From: Squalus acanthias
Taxonomy: Eukaryota
Direction of reading: 5' to 3'
Assembly: GCA_030390025.1 (NCBI GenBank)
Contig: CM059432.1
Span: forward strand, 80,106,001 to 80,170,000
DNA length: 64,000 nucleotides
Both the position numbers and the translations under genes were made by a program. Shown here piece by piece: positions 35,498 through 46,863 of the stretch; position 1 is the first letter of the stretch, and each line of letters opens with the position of its first letter. The notes under the pieces were generated by a model. It was given only the letters and a program-made list of their open reading frames with translations, was not told the DNA's origin and searched no databases.

Positions 35498-36658
35498 AGA
35501 GATTTAGAGAAGTACAGGCATCAATTCAAAGTGCTCTTACTGTATCTGGCAGAGCTGTGAAATTAGGGATGGCAGATCTTGGGGAAAGATTTAAGTCAAA
35601 TGTAAGAAAATCAGACATTCATCAATCTGTTCTCAGTTAAATTAATGGGTGCTTGCACCTTCATAACATCCATAAAAGTTTGTAAATTCTGGGACAATTG
35701 GAGCTTTCAAGACTGAGATCGATAGATTTTTGTTCGGTAAGGCGGGTAAATGGAGTTTAGGTACAAATCAGTCATGATCTAATTGAATAACGGAGCAGGC
35801 TCGAGAGGCTATGTAACATGTAGACTAACATCATTTGAATAATGTGCACGTGATCCAGGCGTGGAACATGCCTGTGAGTGGGAGCTCCCCTGTTGATGGG
35901 CAGGAAATCACATGCTGCAGCAGAAGGCTCAACCTGTGCTTCTAATTTTCATCGTGTATTGTTTAGGGTGGAACATTTGTATGCCCCAAACAAGGTCACC
36001 TGCGTCAGAGCGGTTGTGGCAGAGGGAAAGGGGATTCCAGGTTGATAGTTTTCTTATCTCCAGCCTGGATATGCGCTGTCATGCGGGTTTGCCAGGTGTC
36101 ATGCGGCATACAAGCCTGCTGGCTGGCAGAAGTGGAACCCACCTGGGACGTGGCCTGAATCCCTTAAGATTTAGTTGCATTTTGAGATTTTCTTTGCCTC
36201 TTCTGGACCATTGGTGTTGGCAGACCTGGGAGTGGATTGAGACCTCAACATTTCCTGCCCCTCTTCCTCTGGCAGGTGCCTGACATGAGCTTGTAGGGGC
36301 ATGGGTTCCCACCAGTAATATTTAAATTGGGAGCCTTCCCCAACCCGCAAACTCTGGCATGGCACCTACACTTGGATGCCCCCCCACAGTGGTACTGGGT
36401 ACCCCAAAGGTCAGGGTGCAATAGATGGCAGTCACATAGCATTGCAAGCTCCTGCCATTAACCCCCTCAATTTTATTAATAGGAAGGGATGCCACTTACT
36501 GAATGTTCAGATTGTGTATGACCAGATGTAAAAAATCCTTCATGTGAAAGGCAGACTTGCTGGAAGATGCCATGATGTATTCATCTTCAGGAATTCTGCC
36601 CTCCCTAAGCTCTTCCAAGATGGTCAACTGAATAGAGTCATAGAGTAGAGTCATAGAG

Positions 36659-39600
36659 TTATACAGCATGGATAGAGGCCCTTCGGCCCATTGTGTCCGC
36701 GCCGGCCATCAAGCCCTGTCTAATCTTATCCCATATTCCAGCATTTGGTCCGTAGCCTTGTATGCTATGGCATTTCAAGTGCTCATCCAAATGCTTCTTG
36801 AATGTTGTGAGGGTTCCTGCCTCCACAACCCTTTCAGGCAGTGAGTTCCAGACTCCAACCACCCTCTGGGTGAAAAAGTTCTTTCTCAAATCCCTTCTAA
36901 ACCTCCCGCCCTTTACCTTGAATCTATGCCCCCTTGTTATAGACCCCTCTACTAAGGGAAAAAGCTCCTTAGTATCCATCCTATCTATGCCCCTCATAAT
37001 TTTATACACCTCAATCATGTCCCCCCTCAGCCTCCTCTGCTCCAAGGAAAACAAACCCAATCTGCCCAGTCTCTCTTCATAGCTGAAGCACTCCAGCCCG
37101 GGTAACATTCTGGTGAATCTCCTCTGCACCCTCTCCAAAGCGATCACATCCTTCCTGTAGTGTGGCGACCAGAACTGCACATAGTATTTCAGATGTGGCC
37201 TAACCAGTGTTTTATAGAGCTCCATCATAACCCCCTTGCTCTTATATTTTATGCCTCGGCTAATGAATGCAAGTATCCCATATGCCTTTTTTATCACCTT
37301 ATCCACCTGTTCCGCCGCCTTCAGGGATCTGTGTACTTGCACACCAAGATCCCTCTGACCCTCCGTCTTGCCTAGGGTCTTACCATTCATTGTGTATTCC
37401 CTTGCCTTGTTAATCCCTCCAAAGTGCATCACATCGCACTTTTCCGGATTAAATTCCATTTGCCACTGTTCCGCCCATCTGACCAACCCATCTATATCGT
37501 CCTGCAGACTGAGGCTACCCTCCTCGCTATTTACCACCCTACCAATTTTTGTATCATCCGCAAACTTACTGATCATACCTTTTACATTCATATCCAAGTC
37601 GTTAATGTAGACCACAAACAGCAAGGGACTCAGCACCGATCCCTGTGGTACCCCACTGGCCACAGGCTTCCAGTCACAAAAACAACCTTCGACCATCACC
37701 CTCTGCCTTCTGCCACTGAGCCAGTTTTGTATCCAATGTGCCAAGGCACCCTGGATTCCATGGGCTCTTACCTTCTTGACCAGTGTCCTGTGCGGGACTT
37801 TATCGAAGGCCTTACTGAAATCCATGTATACCACATCCACTGCGTTACCCTCATCCACGCACCTAGTCACCCCCTCAAAAAATTCAATCAAATTAGTCAG
37901 ACATGATCTTCCCTTGACAAAGCCATGTTGGCTAACTCTGATTAATCCTTGCCTCTCCAAGTGGAGACTAATTTTGTCCCTCAGAATTTTTTCCAATAAT
38001 TTTCCTACCACTGATGTTAGGCTCACTGGCCTGTAGTTCCCCGGTTTTTCCCTACTCCCTTTCTTGAATAATGGTACTACATTAGCGGTTCTCCAGTCCT
38101 CTGGCACATCCCCTGTGGCCAGAGAGGTTCTGAATATATGTGTTAGAGCCCCCGCAATCTCCTCCTTTGCCTCACACAGCAGCCTGGGATACATTTCGTC
38201 CGGATCTGGGGATTTATCCATTTTTAGACCTGCTAAAACCGCCAATACCTCCTCCCTCTCGATGTTAAAATGTTCGAGTATATCACAGTCCCCCTGCCCT
38301 AATTTTATGTCTGCATCGTCCTTCTCCATAGTGAAAACAGATGCAAAAAATCCATTTAGAACCCCACCTACATCTTCCGGCTCCACACACAGATTGCCAC
38401 TTTTGTCCCTAATGGGCCCTATTTTTTCCCTAGTTATCCTCTTACCCTTAATATACTTATAAAACATCTTAGGATTTTCCTTTATTTTGCTCGCCAGTGT
38501 TATTTCATGGCCCCTCCTTGATCTCCTAATTTCTTTTTTAAGTATCCCCCTGCACTTTTTGTACTCCTCTAGGGCTTCCTCCGTCTTTAGCATTTTGTAT
38601 CTGCCAAAAGCCCTCCTTTTTTTCCTGATCCATTCTCGTATATCCCCTGACATCCAAGGTTCCCTGGGGTTTTTGGAACCACCCTTGACCTTTACGGGAA
38701 CATGCTGCCATTGTATGATCTCAATCTCCCTTCTGAAAGAATCCCATTGCTCCGATGCGGATTTTCCTACAAGCAGCTGATCCCAGTCCATTTTGGCCAG
38801 ATCCTGCCTTATCCTATTAAAATCGGCCTTCCCCCAATTTAGAACCTTTATTTCCGGCCCATCCCTCTTCTTTTCCATGACCACCTTAAATCTCACCGTA
38901 TTATGGTCGCTGTCACCAAAGTGCTCACCTACTAGCACTTCTTCCACTTGGCCGGCCACATTCCCTAGAATTAGGTCCAGTACCGCCCCTTCTCTTGTAG
39001 GATTTTCTACATGCTGGCTCAAAAAGCTCTCCTGGATGCACTTTAAGAATTTTGAACCCTCTAAGCCTTTCACACTCTGACTATCCCAGTTAATATTGGG
39101 GAAGTTGAAATCCCCCATTATTATTACCCTATTATTTGCACATTTCTCTGAGATTTGCCTACATATCTGTTCCTCTATCTCCCCCTGACTGTTTGGGGGC
39201 CTATAGTACGCTCCCAGCAAAGTGCTTGCCCCCTTTTTGTTGTTAAGCTCCACCCATATAGCCTCATTGGAGGAACCTGCTAATATTTCATCCCTCCTTA
39301 TGGCAGTAATTGATTCCTTAATTAATATTGCGACACCCCCTCCTCTTATACCTCCCCCTCTGTCTCGCCTGAAGATTCTGTACCCCGGAATATTGAGCTG
39401 CCAGTCTTGCCCCTCCCTCAACCATGTCTCCGTGATAGCAATAATATCATACTCCCATGTGTTTACCAACACCTTCAGTTCATCCACCTTATTCGCTAGA
39501 CTCCTTGCATTAAAATAGATGCCTTCCAGCCTTGCTCTTACATGTTTTCCCTGTCTTCCAAGCTGACTTGTTTTTTTCTCTATATTTGACTGTACATCAC

Positions 39601-40258
39601 CCCCTATTGTAGCTCCACTCTGTATCCCATCCCCCTGCCAAGTTAGTTTAACCCCCCCCCCAACAGTGCTAGCAAACCTCCCCGCAAGGATATTTGTCCC
39701 GCTCTGGTTCAGGTGCAAACAGTCCGACTTGTACAAGTCCCACCTTCCCCAGAAGCAGGACCAGTGATCCAGGAAACTAAAACCCTCCCTCCTGCACCAA
39801 CTCTTCAGCCACGCATTCATCTGTTCTATCCTCCTATTCCTATACTCACTAGCACGTGGCACTGGGAGTAATCCAGAGATTACAACCTTTGAGGTCCTGC
39901 TCTTTAATCTGCTGCCTAGCTCCCTAAATTCTTGATGCAGGACCTCATCCCCCTTCCTACCTATGTCGTCGGTCCCAATGTGAACCACGACCTCTGCCTG
40001 CTCACCCTCCCCCTTAAGAATGCCCTGTAGCCGCTCAGTGACATCCATGACCCTGGCCCCAGGGAGGCAACAAACCATCCTGGAGTCACGTTTACGGCCA
40101 CAGAAACGCCTATCTGTTCCCCTTACGATAGAATCCCCTACCACTATTGCTCTCCCACTCTTTTTCCTCCCTTTCTGAGCAACAGAAGCAACCCTGGTGC
40201 CAGGAAGTTGGCTGCTGCCGCTCTCCCCTGGTGAGTCATCCCCCTCAACAGTATCCAA
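36659..40258 (-). CDS. Continuous CR1 ORF1 esterase (SGNH) - APE endonuclease - reverse transcriptase frame
   Basis: GDS, HIGTDD and DCLH esterase blocks; NARS, ITETW, YRPP, GDFN and SDH APE motifs; PQGSVL and FADD RT motifs. The normal ORF1 stop is bypassed by a G10 run and the normal ORF2 stop (after GIWD) is lost. Confidence 0.88.
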   Translation of the reverse strand: MDTVEGDDSPGESGSSQLPGTRVASVAQKGRKKSGRAIVVGDSIVRGTDRRFCGRKRDSRMVCCLPGARVMDVTERLQGILKGEGEQAEVVVHIGTDDIGRKGDEVLHQEFRELGSRLKSRTSKVVISGLLPVPRASEYRNRRIEQMNAWLKSWCRREGFSFLDHWSCFWGRWDLYKSDCLHLNQSGTNILAGRFASTVGGGVKLTWQGDGIQSGATIGGDVQSNIEKKTSQLGRQGKHVRARLEGIYFNARSLANKVDELKVLVNTWEYDIIAITETWLREGQDWQLNIPGYRIFRRDRGGGIRGGGVAILIKESITAIRRDEILAGSSNEAIWVELNNKKGASTLLGAYYRPPNSQGEIEEQICRQISEKCANNRVIIMGDFNFPNINWDSQSVKGLEGSKFLKCIQESFLSQHVENPTREGAVLDLILGNVAGQVEEVLVGEHFGDSDHNTVRFKVVMEKKRDGPEIKVLNWGKADFNRIRQDLAKMDWDQLLVGKSASEQWDSFRREIEIIQWQHVPVKVKGGSKNPREPWMSGDIREWIRKKRRAFGRYKMLKTEEALEEYKKCRGILKKEIRRSRRGHEITLASKIKENPKMFYKYIKGKRITREKIGPIRDKSGNLCVEPEDVGGVLNGFFASVFTMEKDDADIKLGQGDCDILEHFNIEREEVLAVLAGLKMDKSPDPDEMYPRLLCEAKEEIAGALTHIFRTSLATGDVPEDWRTANVVPLFKKGSREKPGNYRPVSLTSVVGKLLEKILRDKISLHLERQGLIRVSQHGFVKGRSCLTNLIEFFEGVTRCVDEGNAVDVVYMDFSKAFDKVPHRTLVKKVRAHGIQGALAHWIQNWLSGRRQRVMVEGCFCDWKPVASGVPQGSVLSPLLFVVYINDLDMNVKGMISKFADDTKIGRVVNSEEGSLSLQDDIDGLVRWAEQWQMEFNPEKCDVMHFGGINKAREYTMNGKTLGKTEGQRDLGVQVHRSLKAAEQVDKVIKKAYGILAFISRGIKYKSKGVMMELYKTLVRPHLKYYVQFWSPHYRKDVIALERVQRRFTRMLPGLECFSYEERLGRLGLFSLEQRRLRGDMIEVYKIMRGIDRMDTKELFPLVEGSITRGHRFKVKGGRFRRDLRKNFFTQRVVGVWNSLPERVVEAGTLTTFKKHLDEHLKCHSIQGYGPNAGIWDKIRQGLMAGADTMGRRASIHAV

Positions 40259-40554
40259 ATCGGTATACCTGTTTGAAAGGGGGATGACCGCAGGGGTCCC
40301 CTGTACTTCCTGCCTGCCTGTGCAGCCCTACCCTGCGGCGTGACCAACTCACTAAACGTGTTATCCACGACCCTCTCAGCATCGCGTATGCTCCAAAACT
40401 CATCCACCCGCAGCTCGAGCGCCGCAATGCGGTCTACAAGTAGCTGCAGCTGGATGCATTTCTCGCACACATGGTCCCCAGGGACACTGGCAGCGTCCCT
40501 GAATTCCCACATGGAGCAAGAGGAGCATAACACAGGGCTGATCTCACCTGCCAT
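40144..40554 (-). pseudogene. CR1 ORF1 N-terminus (CxxC..CxxC zinc finger / leucine zipper), frameshifted from the esterase
   Basis: LCSSCSMWE..VCEKCIQLQLL..IAALELRV, homologous to 52399-52740. Confidence 0.85.
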
Positions 40555-41464
40555 GACCTACTCCTTTAATTAAATTAAAAATGTATTCAATGGCTTGTGA
40601 GTTATAAGACATATCCCCTGCAGCCATAGATAACCACCACTTTAGGAGCTGTAAGAACAGCAGTCAAGGAGCACTACAACAACCAGAGCAGTCGTTGAGA
40701 GAAGCATAGGGATCCTAAAACAATACTTTTGTTGGCTTGATAGATCAGGAGTGGCTCGGCAATATGCTCCAGAGTGTGTATCTGCAGAACCTTGCTATCC
40801 AAAAAAGCCTGGACTTGGAGATTCCTCAGGACGTGATCCTAGCTGATTTGGAGGCTGAGTCTGGAGTGGAACATCAGGAGAAGAGTCACTCCGAAGTGTC
40901 CTCAGTGGCAGCTGCAAAGGGCACTAGACGGCAATTTTTGTGTTCTCATGTGTTGGAACAGTCTCACTTTGTCACCACTCTTGCTCCTTATCCCCAACTT
41001 CACATAAATTACAAATCCTTTAATCCAGTACCCATCCTAGATCACATAACCCTGAGCTGCAACATCAGCACATTGGTTCTTATTGGACAATTAAGAACAA
41101 GTAAATCCTAAGCAGTGCTTACATCAAATATTCCAGTGATTTATTGCAACTATTTACAAAAAACATGACGTGGTTTTGTCTGAGCACACCCTTGTGACCA
41201 CACAAGATTTTCTCTGCCCTATTCTAATACTTCTTCTACCTGCCACCTGAGAGCTTGGGGTCTGAGATGTATATAGTTACTGTAAAATCTAGGGATGGAG
41301 TTGGCCCTTCCCTCAGGGTCTCCAAGTCCTGGGATGGACATGGGACAGACTACGGCTGGAATTTTCTGGGGGTGGTGGGGGGGGAGGGTCAGCGGGTGGG
41401 ATAGTTGGCGGGTCGGGTGGGAAATTTGATTTTTTTTGACAGTGGATCGGGACCCCGCTGTCAA

Positions 41465-41885
41465 CACGGTGGCATAGTGGTTAGCACTGGTGCCTCACAG
41501 CGCCAGGGACCCGGGTTCGAATCTGACCTCGGGTGACTGTCTGTGTGGAGTTTGCACATTCTCCCCGTGTCTGCGTGGGTTTCCTCCGGGTGCTCCGGTT
41601 TCCTCCCACAGTCCAAAAATGTGCGGGTTAGGTTGATTTGGCTATGATAAATTGACCCTTAGTGTTAGGGGGGGATTAAATATGTGGGGTTATGGGGATA
41701 GGATGGGATATGTTAGGGGGAATTAAATACGTGGGGTTACGGGGGTAGGGTGGGATATGTGTACTGTGGGGATTAAGGCAGGGACAGGGTACTGGACTTG
41801 GATGATCAGCCATGATCGTATTGAATGGTGGAGCAGGCTCGACGGGCCGAATGGCCTACTCCTGCTCCTAGATTCTATGTTTCTA
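41465..41885 (+). mobile_element. tRNA-derived V-SINE (HE1-like) with CR1-derived tail
   Basis: A box TGGCATAGTGG, B box GGTTCGAATC, V-domain GTGTGGAGTTTGCACATTCTCCCCGTG..., and the same 3' hairpin and tail as the CR1s here. Sits in a GC-rich element starting GGCTGGAATTTT (~41354). Confidence 0.87.
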
Positions 41886-42811
41886 ACCCACCTTTCCTAA
41901 TGGCGTATGTGATCTCTAATCCGACTTGACCCACAGAGGCGGGCGACGCAATTAAACCAATTACTGGGTTGTTGATAGACCCTTAATAATGCTTTTAACC
42001 TTACCTCTTCACTTTAACTGCTCGCCCATGGGGTCCACGCTGCTCGGGGACCACGTCTGAGAACCTGATGCGGGAGTTGAATGGCCATTGCTCCAGCTGA
42101 TTACTTGACAGCTTCAAATGTACAGTAAAAGCTCCCACCTGACAGATCATCACTTTCCTCAGCCACAAGTTGTTTCACAGTCCATTTCCAGCACAGATTC
42201 TGCAGGTTTTCCACTCTCCATTCACTCTCACCTCATTGGAAGAACTCTCTCACCATTGACAGAATACTTCTGTCATCTCTGTATCACCTGCCATCTATTC
42301 CAACAACATGGGTGCCCTTTATACTGTCTCACCTTGGTCCTCAGAATACGACCACGATCAGCCCCAACACCAGCAGCACCAACCTTCTCCGCAGTCACCT
42401 GATGCTGCATAGGACAGAGGGCTTCAGCACCCGAGCACATTGCTGCCTGGGAGGCCAGGGATGGCTCACCATGGCCACATTTACTTCACTTCACGCTGTA
42501 CACCCTGGCTATCACATGATGCACCAGGTTGGCACCACCCCACACCAACACCATAAAACATCCCATCAATGACCAAGCCATTCCTTTCACACTCACCACC
42601 ATTGCAGGGATTACCATTATGTCTCACCATTCACTGCAACTCACTAAGCCACTTCCAAAGGTGCACACACATCTGTCCAAGAACGCAAAGTGTTGAAAAT
42701 AAAGGTTTCAATGTTTGACAGCATGTTAACAGAAACTTTACATGAACATTGGATAAAACACCCAATTGGCTATCCTTGTGTATTGTTCTTCCAAAGGTGC
42801 ACACAAATCTG

Positions 42812-45210
42812 TCCTAGAGTTTATTATTAAGGACGTGGTAACAGGGCACTTAGAAAATAATGATAGGATTGGGCAGAGTCAACACGGATTTATGAAAGGG
42901 AAATCGTGTTTGACAAATCTATTACAGTTTTTTGAGGTTGTAACTAGCAGGATAAGGGGGAACCAGTGGATGTGGCGTATTTGGATTTTCAGAAGGCATT
43001 CGATAAGGTGCCACACAAGAGGTTATTAAACAAAATTAGGGCTCATGGGATTGGAGGTAATATATTAGCATGGATTGGTTAATGGACAAAAAACAGAGAG
43101 TAGGAATAAACAGGTCATTTTCGGGTTGGCAGGCTGTAACTAGTGGGGTACCACAAGGATCAGTGCTTCATCCTCAGCTATTCACAATCTACTGCAATGA
43201 TTTGGATGAGGGGACCAAGTGTAATATATCCAAGTTTGCTGATGATACAAAGCTGGGTGGGAATGTAAGTTGTGAGGATGCAAGGAGGCTTCAAGGGGAT
43301 ATAGACAGGCTAAGTGAGTGGGCAAGAACATGGCAAATGGAATATAATGTGGAGAAATGTGAAGTTATCCACTTTGGTAGGAAAAATAGAAAAGCAGAGT
43401 ATTTTTCAAATGGTGAGAGATTGGGAAATGTTGGTGTTCAGAGGGACCTGGGTGTCCTTGTACATGAATCGCTGAAAGTTAACATGCAGGTACAGCAAGC
43501 AATTGGGAAAGCAAATGGTATTTTAAAAAATTTGTTTATGGGATTTGGGTGTCGCTGGCAACGCCAGCATTTATTGCCCATCCCTAATTGCCCTTGAGAA
43601 GGTGGTGGTGAGCCGACTTCTTGAACCGCTGCAGTCCGTGTGGTACAGGTACTCCCACAGTGCTGTTAGGTAGGGAGTTCCAAGATTTTGACCCAGCGAC
43701 GATGAAGGATCGGCGATATACTTCTAAGTCAGGATGGTGTGTGACTTGGAGGGGAACTTGGAGGTGGTGGTGTTCCCATGCACCTGCTGCCCTTGTCCTT
43801 CTAGGTGGAAGAGGTCGCGGGTTTGGGAGGTGCTGCCGAAGAAGCCTTAGCGAGTTGCTGCAGTGTATCTTGTAGATTGTACACACTGCAGCCACGGTAC
43901 GCCGGTGGTGGAGGGACTGAATGTTTAAGGTGGTGGATGGGGTGCCAATCAAGCGGGCTGTTTTGTCCTGGATGGTGTCGAGCTTCTTGAGTGTTGTTGG
44001 AGCTGCACTCATCCAGGCAAATGGAGAGTATTCCATCACACTCCTTACTTGTGCCTTGTAGATGGTGGAAAGGCTTTGGGGAGTCAGGAGGTGAGACACT
44101 CGCCGCAGAATACCTAGCCTCTGACCTGCTCTTGTTGCCACAGTATTTATGTGGCTGGTCCAGTTAAGTCTCTGGTCAATGGTGACCCCTAGGATGTTGA
44201 TGGTAGGGGATTCGGTGATGGTAATGCCGTTGAATGTCAAGGGGTGGTGGTTAGACTCTCGCTTGTTGGAGATAGTCATTGCCTGGCACTTCTGTGGCGC
44301 GAATGTTACCTGCCACTTATCAGCCCAAGCCTGAATGACGTCCAGGTCTTTTTGCATGCGGGCATGGACTGCTTCATTATCTGAGGAGTTGTGAATGGCG
44401 CTGAACACTGCGCAGTTATCAGCGATCATCCCCATTTCTGACCTTATGTTGGAGGGAAGGTCATTGATGAAGCAGCTGAAGATGGTTGGGCCTAGGACAC
44501 TGCCCTGAGGAACTCCTGCAGCGATGTCCTGGGGCTGTGATGATTGACCTTCAACCATCAGAACCTTTATGTTGGCATTTATTACAAGAGGATTTGAATA
44601 TAAGAGTAAAGACGTCTTACTGCAATTATACAGGGCCCTGGTGAGACCACACCTGGAGTATTGTGTACAGTTTTGGTCTCCTTACCTAAGGAAGGATATA
44701 CTTGCCATAGAGGGAATGCAACGAAGGTTCACCAGACTGGTTCCTGGGATGGGGGGGATTGTCCTATGAGGACAGATTGAGTAGACTAGGCCTATATTTT
44801 CTGGAGTTTAGAAGAATGAGAGGTGATCGCATTGAAACATACAAAATTCTTACAGGGGTTGACAGGGTAGATGCAGGAGGATGTTTCCCCTGGTTGGGGA
44901 GTCTAGAACCAGGGGTCACAGTCTCAGAATAAGGGGTCGACCATTTAGGACTGAGATGAGGAGAAATTTCTTCACTCAGAGGGTGGTGAATCTTTGGAAT
45001 TCTCTACCTCAGAGGGTAGTGGAGGCTCAGTCGTTGAGTATATTCAAGACAGAGATCGATAGATTTTTAAATCTCAAGGGAATCAAGGGGCATGGGGATA
45101 GTTCAGGAAAGTGGAAATGATGTAGAAGATCAGCCATGATCTTATTAAATGGCGGAGCAGGCTCAAAGGGCCATATGGCCTACTCCTGCTCCTATACCTT
45201 ATGTTCTTAT
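42812..45210 (+). mobile_element. 5'-truncated CR1 split by another LINE
   Basis: RT ORF 43070-43597 resumes as MLAF at 44569, followed by the 3' tail. Confidence 0.9.
43522..44567 (-). mobile_element. CR1-group LINE of a different clade (L2B/Crack-like), 3' fragment
   Basis: ORF 43584-44558 [33 protein letters not shown] and an A-rich tail instead of a microsatellite. TAT on both sides. Clade assignment is tentative. Confidence 0.8.
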
Positions 45211-45801
45211 ACCAGCCAGTTTCTGTACACCATGAGAGAAGCTATGCAGAATCTCCATGTGTCTTATGTTTTGCTTCCCTTCATGGTAGATCCCTTGAGA
45301 TCATCATCCATTATCCTTCCACATGGCCTACAGCATTGGATGTGATGGCTTCTCCCCTGCTACTCCAAGATCCCACAGTTCTCGAATCCGAAACAGCACC
45401 TCCATGTCAGCCTTTCTTTCTAGAGAATTTCCAACCGCAAAAACTGACGTCTTGCAACTGACGTTAGCTTCCAGCTCCTGGCCAATGACTATAGCTTGCA
45501 ATCTCTTATTTAAAAATCTGCCTATCGATGTGTCTCTTTCCCTTTGTTTTCCCAATCAGATGGAGGGCTCAAAATAGAAATCTGAACAGAATTGACTCAG
45601 CTAATATTTTGTCCTATTCATAAATTGCACCTTTTTCATGTAACAGGAAATAATTTATTCATTTACCTTCCAGTATGAGAGAATACAGCCCTTTTTCCTC
45701 CTTTTAAAATAAATTACAATTTATATTTCTTTGTTACGTTAGCAATGAATTATTTTATAAATCTACCTATCTTGAGATTACACAGCCTATCAGCATTTAA
45801 A

Positions 45802-46171
45802 CATTACAAAAGCTAAACAATTTCAGACCAAAACCTCTGCCCCTATTTTTTCAGGTGGCAGCTGTCGATGTTTCTGCCCTTCCCATTTACACCTCTTCTA
45901 GACTCATCTTTTGTTTCTTTACCATCTCCTTTTGCTTTGTACTATCATACCTTTTGTCATTTAGTCTCTCCTGCCTTCCACCCCATCACAGATATTCCCT
46001 TTTGTTCTTTCCTCCCCACTTTCCCTGCCCCTACACTTGCTTAAAATCTGTTACGTCTCTAACTTTTTCCAGTTCTGACGAAAGGTCATCGACCTGAAAC
46101 GTTAACTCTGTTTCTCTCTCCACAGATGCTGCCTGACCTGCTGAGTATTTCCAGCATTTTCTGTTTTTATT
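45802..46171 (+). mobile_element. Penelope-like 3' repeat with intact hammerhead motif
   Basis: Bounded by the direct repeat TCAGCATTTAAA (45790-45801, 46172-46183). Pyrimidine-rich body followed by the hammerhead. Confidence 0.72.
46071..46107 (+). ncRNA. Minimal type I hammerhead ribozyme motif (family 1)
   Basis: AGTT-CTGACGA-A-AGGTC-ATC-GACCT-GAAAC-GTT-AACT. Confidence 0.8.
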
Positions 46172-46346
46172 TCAGCATTTAAAGGTTCTTTCATTTAAGA
46201 TTCAATATATACAATTTTTTCAGCTGTTCTTTCATTTATATTCATCACAGTTTTTCAGGAAAAATGCAATACTTACATGTGCGATGGTGCACATTGCGCT
46301 TACTTATTTTGCTATTATGTGTGCAAAATGAATTGAGATATAATGA

Positions 46347-46863
46347 GGGGAATTTTAACCACCAAAATCAGCTGGGTTTGGGTCAGGTAGGATGTTAAAA
46401 TTTAAAAAGTCTGAAACCCAAACCCAACCCACCCACTTCTGGTTTTAACAGATTGGGGCCGGGGGGGCGGGCAACCAACCCACTCCCAGGAGGCTGGTTG
46501 CTCATTTAAATATTTTAATGAGGCTACTATATCCCTCTTCCAGGTTTAACCCCGGTTGGCCACGGGAAAGCCGACAGCTAAAGGGAGGCGAACACTGCTG
46601 TGTGCAAGAGGTAATTGCTTTTCCAGGACTGCTTGTGAGCCAGGAGGAGCAGGGGGACTTCCTCCCGGACCCCCAAGCTAACCTGCTTCCCTCTCTGCGA
46701 TCAGAATCCCCCCACCCCCCACGTTCACCAACCCCCCTATTTCTGACCCTGTTGTCTCCAACCCCTGGTGATCACTCCACAGCATTTGGGGAAACTTGGA
46801 TTTCCAGGTTTCCCAACCAAAACTCCTCCCCTGCTTGTAAATCCTGCCCCAGTAAAGATCAGG
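46347..46863. mobile_element. MITE-like GC-rich repeat related to 57212-57973
   Basis: Starts GGGGAATTTTAAC. Shares ACCCACTTCTGGTTTTAA and ATTTAAATATT..AATGAGGCT with 57.2 kb. Confidence 0.5.

Larger units (their letters stand above)
36633..40590 (-). mobile_element. Young near-full-length CR1 LINE
   Basis: ORF1 Cys-rich N-terminus, esterase, APE, RT and a TATGACTC-type tail at 36633-36660. Confidence 0.96.
36390..40800 (+). pseudogene. Old Harbinger transposase relic E, split by the CR1 at 36633-40590
   Basis: QGAIDGSHIAL..FINRKG..NVQIV..CHDVFI before the LINE, and YPLQP..TRAVVERSIGILKQ..LDRSG..QYAPE after it. Confidence 0.75.

Noticed and set aside
36762..39518. Series of + strand ORFs opposite the CR1
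   Set aside because: Antisense shadows of ORF2 that recur opposite every CR1 copy.
41468..41535. tRNA gene
   Set aside because: The A/B boxes continue into a SINE body and LINE-derived tail, and no complete acceptor stem or terminator is evident.
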